This document shows, piece after piece, positions 54,220-64,000 of a stretch of DNA of 64,000 nucleotides. How positions within the stretch are numbered: position 1 is the stretch's first letter; every line of letters begins with the position of its first letter. The DNA is taken from positions 126,048,001-126,112,000 of the forward strand of contig CM059432.1 of NCBI GenBank assembly GCA_030390025.1, in the 5' to 3' direction. The position numbers and the translations under genes are program-made. The notes under the pieces are model-generated. The model ran no database searches. It was not told the DNA's origin and worked only from the letters and a program-made list of their open reading frames with translations. The stretch comes from Squalus acanthias (lineage: Eukaryota).

Positions 54220-54698
54220 AGAGGGTGCAGAGGAGATTCACCAGGATGTTACCTGGGCTGGAGCGCTTCAGCTATGAAGAGAGGCTGGGGTTGTTTTCCT
54301 TAGAACAGAGAAGGCTGAGGGGGTACCTGATTGAGGTGTACAAAATTATGAGGGGCATACATAGGGTAGATAGAAAGGAACTTTTCCCCTTAGTAGAGGG
54401 GTCAATAACCAGGGGGCATAGTTTCAAGGTAAGGGGCAGGAGGTTTAGAGGGGATTTGAGAAAACTGTTTCACCCAGAGGGTGGTTGGAATCTGGAACTC
54501 ACTGCCTGAAAGGGTGGTAGAGACAGGAACCCTCACAACATTCAAGAAGCATTTAGATGAGCACTTGAAACGCCATAGCATACAAGACTACGGACCAAGT
54601 GCTGGAAAATAGGATTAGAATAGACAGGGCTTGATGGCCGGCACAGACAGGATGGGCCGAAGGGCCTCTTTCTGTGCTGTATAACTCTATGCCTCTAT
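54220..54698 (+). mobile_element. CR1 LINE 3' fragment
   Basis: QRRFTRMLPGLERFSYEERL..; same young subfamily as 20136-21525. Confidence 0.9.
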
Positions 54699-56113
54699 AA
54701 GGAAGTAAAGGTAGTTGTAAGGGGAGTTAGGTTGAAATGTGCGGAGGTGGGGAGTAAAGTAATCCATGTGCCTGTGCTGGGAACCTTCCTGCTCTTGGTA
54801 AACATAAGTGAGCTGGATTCGCAGTCCCAGTGCAAGGTAAATAAATTGACAAATTCCACCAAACTATGGGGACTGTGGATTCAGAAGAGGCAGTCAATGC
54901 TTACAAAGGCAACTTGTCAGAATTTTTACCTGGGCTCTGCAGTGACAAATGATGTCCAATATGGGCAAATGCAAGGTTCTGCTTATTAGAAGTATAAACT
55001 GGAAGCACGTGAACTCTATGGGCGGAATAACATTTGCATTATGGTACTTAATGAGATCTTGCATTTATATAGTAAATTTCACGATCTTGGAACATCCCAA
55101 AACGCTTCACAACCAATATAGGGATACAGAAGGTAATCCTGGAACACTACTTTCAGCTTGGCTGGAGCAGCAGGGCAAGGGGGCTCAAGTCCATGCTGGT
55201 CAAGAGTAAATCTAGGATAGATGTCAGGAAGTGTTTATTTAAAAATGTTTCCAACACTGGAATGGGTTGCCGGGACAATGGACTGGTTGACGAAGTGGTG
55301 AAATGATGTAATGGGGAGGATGTAGGTTTCATATTCTGAAAGGATGAGATCAAATATAACCCCAGTTTATTCAGTCTCTCGTAACTCAGTCCCTTCAACG
55401 CAGGTATCATCTTGGTGAATCATTGCTCCAAATCCAATATCTGCTTAAACTAACATGCCCAAAGCTAAACACAAAAGAAAACTGAAGCTAAAATGAAAGA
55501 ATTCCATTTTTTTTAAAGAAAACCTATCTTTCTCCTTGAGTCACCTGTTATTTTTGATCTATGAGCCTTTGCACTTCTTGTTCCCGGCAGTATGACCAGA
55601 GAATTTCCCTGCTGGCTTGTGGTCATTGTCAAAAATGAGAAGTTTGCGATTCCAACCTGAATGAGAACACCCTCAGTTCATCATCGAAGAACTAATGGAG
55701 GAGAGTTATCAATCTCAGAAACACTGCCATAAAAATTTAGTTGAAACAAAAATTGCTTCAAATGTGCCAACAATGGTTGCAGTGGGGATCACAAAATTGG
55801 GAGGGCAGGCCTCATACCCATTTCCTATAGGGCTACAATTCAGCAGTGAGCTGCACTGAGTGTGTTAGAATGCTTACGCCAGGTTCATGCCTGATTATGG
55901 CCCCAGATTTGACACAACTGAACATAATTATGTGGGACCCAATCTTAACTTGTCCCATTACCATCTCCTTTTGCCTTGCACCATCATCCCTTTTGTCTCT
56001 TAATCTCTCCTGCCTTCCATCCTATCACAGACCTTCCCTTTTGTTCTTTCCTCCCCCCCTCTTTCCCTGCCCCTACACTTGCTTAAAAACCTGTTCCATC
56101 TCCAACTTTTTCC

Positions 56114-56150
56114 AGTTCTGACGAAGGGTCATCGACCTGAAACGTTAACT
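56114..56150 (+). ncRNA. Minimal type I hammerhead ribozyme motif in a Penelope-like 3' end (55945-56212)
   Basis: AGUU-CUGACGA-AGGGUC AUC GACCU-GAAA-CGUU-AACU: core boxes, stem I AGUU/AACU, stem II, palindromic ACGU stem III. Confidence 0.7.
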
Positions 56151-56973
56151 CTGTTTCTCTCTCTACAGATGCTGCCTGGCCTGCTGAGTATTTCCAGCAT
56201 TTTCTGTTTTTATTTATAATTATGTGGGATGTGGCCTGGTTTTTTTTTTCTCCTTGCGCAGCGCCCATCATTGAATGAGGGCAAGGGACGCTCCATGGCC
56301 GAAGGAGCTCTTAATGTGGTGCAGGCCTTTGTATGTTTTGTTGTTGCAATGTTGACAGTATCTGTGTTTTTATTAGACATTTTCTCCATATAAATTTTTT
56401 TTTTAACCCCCCCCCCACCCCCCTCCCTTGAAGTCAGTTTATTTCAAAGTTCCTTAAGTACTGCATTTCATAGTTGAGGTGGTATAAGCTAAAATAAGAC
56501 ATGTCAATGAAATCAGCAAGCACCAGGCTAGACAGTGTGCATTCAATCCTGTGGGATGGTGCCCTGGAATGGCAGACTGGGTGAAGCTGCACCACCTCCT
56601 GCTGCGGCTTTGACAGCGTTCAAACAGGGAGGTTGACTACACCATTTTCAATCAGGGTTTGGTTCATGTCCCTATATTGGGTTTGCCTTCGCTTTCTTTT
56701 AGTTGCCAATTTTTCGCCCCCACCCTCACTCATACAGCTTTTGGAAAGGATGACATTTCTTTAAAACAATTCTCAGTGGCCACATCCCTTTAAAGATATC
56801 TTGCTCCCCCTTTAATTGCATTTCAGGCACACTGGCTCGGGTGCTGGGAGCGTAATCAAATAATTTAAATCCACTAATCCTTAAATAAACTCAGGAGAGG
56901 TCAGGTCGCAATGCTAGCTGTGTGCCGTGGGCACCATGTGTGCCACTACTGCTGCACTGGGACTACATAATTA

Positions 56974-58331
56974 AGAGGTCGCACAACACCAGGTTATAGT
57001 CCAACAGTTTTATTTGAAATCTCAAGCTTTCGGAGCTATCGATTGCCCCTTCCTCAGGTGAAGTAAATAGATACAGAATCGCCAAAGCATATATAGATAG
57101 AGAACAAAGCATGTGTACCTTACAATTGCAGACAACTAAATTAAATCATCCTGACTATCTGCCGAGGTGTGATAAAGTTAATCAGGTCAGCCAGGAAGGT
57201 ACCACATCAAAGACATAGTAAGATACAACTGAGACAATGAGGTGGAGTCGCAGGGGGTCTAACGTGTCAAAAGCTGCCGTCTGTATGTAAAACGAAAAGC
57301 TTTAAAATTTTTACTTTTTTACTGGGAAAATTTTTACTTTTTTACTGGGAATCACATCTGTGAACAAGCCGACGACGACTCGAGTCCGGATCACGTCATG
57401 TATCGTGACATAAACCCAAGATCCCGGTTGAGACCGTCTTCATGAGTGCGGAACTTGGCTATCAGTTTCTGCTCGATGATTTTGCGTTGTCGTGTGTTTC
57501 TAAGGTTGCCTTGGAGAACGCTTACCCACAGATCCGAGGCTGAATGTCCTTGACTGCTGAAGTGTTCCCCGACTGGGAGGTAACAATCCTGCCTGGCGAT
57601 TGTTGCGCGGTGCTCGTTCATACGTTGTCTCAGTGTCTGCATGGTCTCGCCGATGTACCATGCCGCGGTGCATTCTTTCCTGCAACGTATGAGGTAGACA
57701 ACGTTGGCCGAGTCACATGAGTATGTACCATGTACCTGGTGGGTAGTGTCCTCACGTGTGATGGTGGTATCTGTGTTGATGATCTGGCATGTCTTGCAGA
57801 GTTTGCCGTGGCAGGGTTGTGTGGTGTCGTGGTCGCTGTTATCCTGAAAGCTGGGTAATTTGCTGCGAACGATGGTACTTCTGAGGTTAGGCGGCTGTTT
57901 GAAGGCAAGTAGTGGAGGCGTGGGGATGGCCTTAGCGAGGTGTTTGTCGTCATCGATGACATGTTGAAGGCTGCGAAGAACATGGCGTAGTTTCTCCGCT
58001 CCGGGGAAGTACTGGACGACGTAGGGTACCCTGTTGGTTGTGTCCCGTGTTTGCCTTCTGAGGAGGTCTATGCGATTTTTCGCTGTGGCCCGTCGGAACT
58101 GTCGATCGATGAGTCGAGCGTCATATCCCGTTCTTACGAGGGCGTTTTTCAGCGTCCGTAGGTGTCCATCACATTCCTCCTCGTCTGAGCAGATCCTGTG
58201 TATTCGCAGGGCTTGTCCATAGGGGATGGCTTCTTTAACGTGGTTAGGGTGGAAGCTGGAGAAGTGGAGCATCGTGAGGTTGTCCGTGGGCTTGCGGTAG
58301 AGTGAAGTGCTGAGGTGTCCGCATCATGACC
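56974..58331 (-). mobile_element. 5'-truncated Penelope-like element with an open 293-aa RT thumb + GIY-YIG segment (57391-58272)
   Basis: HVKEAIPYGQALRIHRICS; PCHGKLCKTC; NVVYLIRC..WYIGET..LRQRMNEH; GLN. 12-bp TSD ACTACATAATTA (56962-56973, 58332-58343); hammerhead-like core at 57020-57062. Confidence 0.95.
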
Positions 58332-60576
58332 ACTACATAATTAGCCCCCACTTTTTAAACAATACTACATCTCCCAAAGCACACCTCACAGTGAGCTCTC
58401 TGCTGACATGACGGCTTGTGTCTTCTTCACTGTGTTACTGTGAGCTCTCGATGTCGGTGTCTTTTTCGTCCTCGTCCATCAAAGGTGTGTTTTCGTTTTA
58501 AAAAATCTTGTTCTTTTGTGATTGTGTGAATCTTCCTAATCTCTGGCCTAGAAAATGCCTGGGTGAACGCATCCTGACATAAATGCCAGGTTGCCTCCAC
58601 CCTCTGAAGTTCTCAGGGTCAGGAAGTGGGGCCACAAACAGCGGACCTGTGGGGGTGGTGGAGGGAGGGTGGTGAGGGTGCATCTGGGGCAGAAGAGGCA
58701 AAAACACCAGCATTGTTAGCCTGATGCAGTTCTGAGCTAAACATTCCCTTCCCCTAAGCCGCTCTGTTGGGAGGGTTGTGAGTTCAATGATCTCTCAACC
58801 GATGCCCGAAAATCCTTGCCACTGTCGGGGTAACCTAAACTTTCTTTCTCCTGAATCCGACATTCTTCTCGGAGAGGCTGGAGGGTGAGCTCAACTTTCC
58901 CTTCTTCAGTGGGGGTGGGGGGAGGAATTGCTGAACCTTCTCTCCCTGAAAGCTTGAATTTCTCGTCAGGGGGTGCAGTGGATGTTTGCGGGAAGAACAT
59001 GTGCTTTCTTTCCACACTGCGATTCCAGACTTCATTGGAGCAGGGGCTGTCAGCTGCTGTGACTCTCCTTGCTGTATTGAGGAGGTCGGGTGCCCAGCCC
59101 CCAATTTCATTTCCATGGAGGGGGAGAAATTATCTCCCAAACAATGGATTTCACCTTGCTGGGTCTGGTTATGATCTCCCGTGTTGTGAGGCGCTGGAAA
59201 CACGACCCACAAGCTCCAAGAGCATAGTGAGAAACAATGCATCATGGGGTACTGAGGAGACTCAAAACTTTATCAGGTCACATTTCCAGAAAAGGGGATC
59301 ACAATCGTTCCATTGGGAGCGTCGGGCTTCTACGTTTGGGAAGGTTTCTCCGTGGTTTACTCGGTCGGGATGTCCTGCTGGCTTTGTGAGGTTGGCCATT
59401 GTTGTTCAGGTTGCTGGTCATGGGCTCGTGGAAGTATCAGGTTGCTGCAGAGGCCAGTGTGTTGAAGTGCAGCATGATACACAACAACTGATTTCCAATA
59501 TCAGCTACTGCATTGCCTTCCTAATATCACTGTGACAATTTAACTTGCTAACTGGCCAGTTACAGCGCTGCCTACTGCGTTTGCATGTTGACACTTTTAC
59601 AATGGTTTTATCCATAGATGGAGCTGGTCACAGGCACTTTAATGCATTCTGAAATGGAATGTTGCCATCAACTCAGCATTATTAAATATATAATTGATGT
59701 GTTCTCCTCACTTTTAAAACATTGTGACTTAACTTGCTTCTGCTGCTGAAGCACCTTCCCTCTGCAGCACATTGTGGTCAAGAAGGTGGACAGGTGGTGT
59801 GTTCCAAGACCCAAGCCAGTGTCTCACTGAATGAGCCAACAGAAGGTGCAAGAGAGTGGTGTACATTGACTCCCTTCAATTTTTCTTATTCGCTTGGAGT
59901 AATAGCCTTGCTTTTGCCCGGCAACTCCCCAGGTTCTCTGTCTGAGATTGGGGCCTCACCTTAGGCTTTATTAGTGTACCAGCTAATACATTTGCATAAC
60001 ATTTCTGTCTGCACTACTTTAATACAGTTGCTAACCTATGTATTTGAACGAGGTTAACAATTGCATGCAAATAACATAGACAGGAAATTTAACAGGAATG
60101 TGTTAACCAATAAATATAAGATAATCACCAATAAATCCATTAGGGAATTCAGGAGAAACTTCTTTACCCAGAGAGTGGTTAGAATGTGGAACTCACTACC
60201 TCAAGGAGTAGTTGAGGCAATTAGCATAGATGCATTTAAGGGAATGCTAGATAAACACATGAGGGAGAAAGGAATAGAGGGTTATGCTGATAGGGTTAGA
60301 TGAAGAGGGGTGGGAGGAGGAGGAGGAGGAGGAGGAGGAGGAAGCAGCGGCTCGGGTGGAACACAAACACCAGCAGGGACCAGTTGGGCTGAGTGGCCTG
60401 TTTCTGTGCTGTACATTCTATGTAATGCATTATTTTTTAAAGTGCACAGTGTAAATTAAAGTCCTGCATAAGCAATGATGGAAACAACAATGATGATCTA
60501 TCTGCTGCATGCCAAATAGCATTAGTCCTTGTCAATCCACCAGAGTGATTTATTTTCAAAATGTATTTAGTTTATA

Positions 60577-60893
60577 AAAGAAAGACTTGCATTTATATAG
60601 CGCCTTTCACAACCTCAGGATATCCCAAAGCGCTTTACAGCTAATGAAGTACTTTTGAAGTGTAATCACTGTTGTAATGTAGGAAACGCGGCAGCCAATT
60701 TCCGCACAGTAAGCTCCCACAAACAGCAATGTGATAATGACCAATCTGCTTTTTTAAAGTGATGTTGATTGAGGGATAAATATTGGCCAGGACACCGGGG
60801 AGAACTCCCCTGCTCTTCTTCCAATAGTGCCATGGGATCTTTTACGTCCACCTGAGAGAGCAGACTTGGTTTAACGCCTCATCTGAAAGACGG
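60577..60893 (-). mobile_element. Deu-SINE, 5'-truncated (tail-only pieces also at ~11550-11670, ~37825-37920, ~46595-46695)
   Basis: Reverse complement of 23350-23661. Confidence 0.85.
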
Positions 60894-61579
60894 ATATATT
60901 GCTCCTTTGAATGACATTGTACAAACCATGCATTACTAAAAGAAACAGATGATAGTGTACTTAGCTGTCATGTATGTGCTTACATAGGAACATAGGAATG
61001 CACAGACCAGAAAGAACCATAGTGATCCATCTGGACTGTCCTGGTGTCGAGGAAATATCGTATCCCTAGATATCATCTTACCCCACTCTTATTAAACTTT
61101 TCTCCAGGTACTTATCCAACTCTCTCTTGAATTTACTGATACCATTAGCTACCACCACCTCCCTTGGTAGTCCAATCCACATCTGAAACACCTGTGTAAA
61201 ATAATTACATCTATATTGTCCTTTCACCCTTCTCCTTCTATGTTTGAGTCTATAGCATCTTGTTGTAGAGTCTGCGACTATGATAAACATTTTGGACTTT
61301 ATCCTGCCTATATCCTTTAGGATCTTAAATACCTCACCCCTCAGCCTTGTCTTCTAAAGTGTAAACATTCCCAGCCTCTGCTGCCTCTCCTCATAAATCA
61401 GGTGCCTAATCTCAGCTTTCAGTTTGGTTGCCCTTTAGTTGCTTGTTCTTTGAATCATTCTGGGTCTTTATGTTAAACAAGTTGACAGATCTTTAAATCT
61501 CTCATATGCAATATTTTAAAACACAAATCTTTCCCTTATACTCTCCTAAATGTACTAATTGATGTTTGGGTACTATTCA

Positions 61580-62120
61580 AATGCACTCCTGTCTCCCATC
61601 CTCCACCCTCCATGAACTTCAACTCATCCAAAACTCCGCTGCCCATGTGCAATCCCGCACCAAGTCCCACTTCCCCATCATCCCTGTCCTCACTGACTTA
61701 CATTGACCCGCCCCCCGCCCCCCGGTACCCAATGCCTCAAATTTAAAATTCTCATCCTCGTGTTTAAATCTCTTCATGGCATTATCTCTCCCTATCTCTA
61801 GAACCTTCTCCAGCCTTACAACTGCCCTTCCTGAACACTCCATTCCTCTGACTCTGCCTTTTTGTGCATGCCTTCAACCTTCGCCCCACCATTGGCGGCC
61901 GTGTCTTCAGCCGTCTAGGCCCCAAACTCTGGAATTCCCTCTGTAAAGCCCTCTGCCTCTCCACATCACTCTCTTTCTCAATGGCCCTCCTTAAAACCCT
62001 CATCACCCCCTTATCATCGCCTTCCTTGGCTCGGCATCCATTCTTGTCTAATTGTGCTTCTGTGAAGCCTCTTGGGACATTTATTTACGTTAAAAGCGCT
62101 ATATAAATGCAAGTTGTTGT
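61580..62120 (+). mobile_element. L2 LINE 3' fragment
   Basis: TIGGRVFSRLGPKLWNSL; tail AAAGCGCTATATAAATGCAAGTTGTTGT. Confidence 0.8.
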
Positions 62121-63393
62121 CCGTGTTGTGTACAGTTTCATGAGGTTCTGCCATCCTCCAGTATCTCACCCAAGTGGACAGTCTTCATGCGTGAGTGTAG
62201 ACTATGAGTGTTGGCAGACTATTTAATTATGAGAGTTATCAAATCCAATCCTGTCCACACCTGACACACACACTTCATGAGGAATCAGGCGTAGGAACCC
62301 TGTCTAATTTTTTCCTTCTCCCCTCCTAGTCCAGGAGCATTGAGGCTAGTTGTAGCATCCCAACCTCTGCCTCAATGGAGATCAGCTGCCTCATTGCTCA
62401 GCACAAACCTTCTCCACTGTATGGGTTAATATTACAGTGAACAGTGCATTTACCTGCTGGGCCTTTGAGGTTATGGGCTGGATTTTCTTCCATTTGGCCT
62501 TTTCAGGCTGTATCCATGGTGACCGATGGAGAAAATTAGAGGGTTGAGGCTCAATGCCAGATTTCCACCCCAGAAACATCATGACGGACGGGCAGACATC
62601 TACAGCCACGGCAGCCTTACCCTTTTGCATGTAAATAACAAAGGGTAGATTTGCTACAGAGCCACATTTCCCTCAGTTACTGCCCTGTGGCTACTGGCAG
62701 TAGCGGACACTTCGAGAAGAAGCGTTGGGGCCTGCCGGTGCTCCCTAGCAAAAGGCCATAGTTACCTAGTAAGTACATTTTTCAAATTAGTATTAGTGCA
62801 AGTGTTTCTAATATTTTAAATTTCTGTAAGTTTTTGTTAAAAGTAATTAAACCTTCTTTAAGTTTCCTTTCAAGTGTTTTTTTTAAAAGTACAAAGTATT
62901 TAAAAATTATTATAAAATATTTTTAAAGGCTCCTGTTACATTTTTTTTTAAGTTGCAAGATTGCAAACTAGTGTAGGAAATCAATGGGGTCGCCATTAGG
63001 CCTCCCCCTGTTCTTCTGCTTTGAGAAGGAAGAGGAGGAGAAGGGTCAGGAGGCCCACTGCAGAGATTCCTGGCTGAAAAAGCTCCATAGATTGCCTCCT
63101 GCCAATACCCAGAGACACCTACGCCTCCCAGTCTGCTGTCCCAGGTGGTTCACTGTGACCCATTGGCAATGATTAAGAAGGCTGCGCTTCCCTCTCGAAG
63201 CAATAGCTGAGTTGTAACAACTGCCAGACAGCTGCAGGCTCAGTTCAAAACGGAGACCTTCAGCTGACTACGATCCACTGCCAAATAAGTCCATTATCAG
63301 ATTCCCCTTTTGGCAGCAAGCTTGCTGCCACTGAGATCTCCTCCACAACTTCCAAGACCCTCCTTTGGAGATGATGCTGCTTTGCTTCACACA

Positions 63394-63498
63394 TGATGTG
63401 GAGATGCCGGTGTTGGACTGGGGTGGACAAATGTGAGAAGTCGCACAACACCAGGTAAAACTGTTGGACTATAACCTGGTGTTGTGCGACTTCTCACA
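63394..63498 (-). mobile_element. Penelope-like terminal fragment with fold-back
   Basis: TSD TTGCTTCACACA (63382-63393, 63499-63510); 27-bp perfect inverted repeat 63430-63456 / 63474-63500. Confidence 0.8.
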
Positions 63499-64000
63499 TT
63501 GCTTCACACAGACACTGCCCCACCTTGCTCCAGATCATTTTACACCTATGCGGTCAGTAACAAAAACATCTGACTGACAACAAATCTGACCATCCTTCTT
63601 GTTGTTTAACGCCACCATGGTCCCCCTTCTTGCCTGTGTACCCTTTCCATCTTAGCCTCCTACTTCTTCTCCAGTAGCTGGAGGTTATGGGATGGTTGAT
63701 TGATGGTTTGCAGCAGGAGCCTCGAGGATTGATGAGCTACTTCCCCATCTTTGGTTGTGGGCCAATTTTCCTTTCAGAAGAATGTAGAGAGAGTGAAGGC
63801 ACTTGGTGTGGCATCATACACAATGCAACCCAGGTTTCAGAAGGCATTCCTTAAGGGGGGGTGTGGTGGTGCTCACAGCCCCCAAGGCCTATAGAGGGCA
63901 CTAACAGCACCTGGAACCTGCCATGGATATATAATGAAGGCGCACGCAGAAAAATTGGGCAGCTTCTGGGCAGTGCAGGTTTAGGAAGAGTTCTGCTGCA

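Noticed and set aside
62475..64000. Harbinger-like element starting GGGCTGGATTTT
   Set aside because: Only one TIR-like end is visible and no coding motif is recognisable, so it is insufficient to call.

Overview
Vertebrate nuclear DNA, very likely a cartilaginous fish (inferred from the repeat repertoire: HE1-like V-SINE, Deu-SINE, CR1, L2, Penelope, PIF/Harbinger, hAT). I recognised no host protein-coding exon, so the window is intergenic or intronic. Nearly every ORF in the track is a decayed transposon fragment or an antisense artefact. The window is a deeply nested TE landscape, and many junctions can be reconstructed from TSDs. Main observations: (1) a ~3 kb EN+RT LINE (3094-6084, minus) with no ORF1 that begins with a tRNA-derived Pol III A/B-box head and shares both head and tail with a SINE at 52130-52557; (2) a 419-codon open frame fusing a CR1 endonuclease fragment to a Harbinger DDE nuclease inside a mosaic CR1 copy; (3) Penelope elements with minimal hammerhead ribozyme motifs, plus ~110 bp fold-back micro-insertions; (4) several Harbinger families carrying perfect CRE palindromes; (5) a candidate TATA promoter/first exon near 46.3-46.5 kb. 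All calls are by-eye recognition with no database searches, and boundaries without a stated TSD are approximate.
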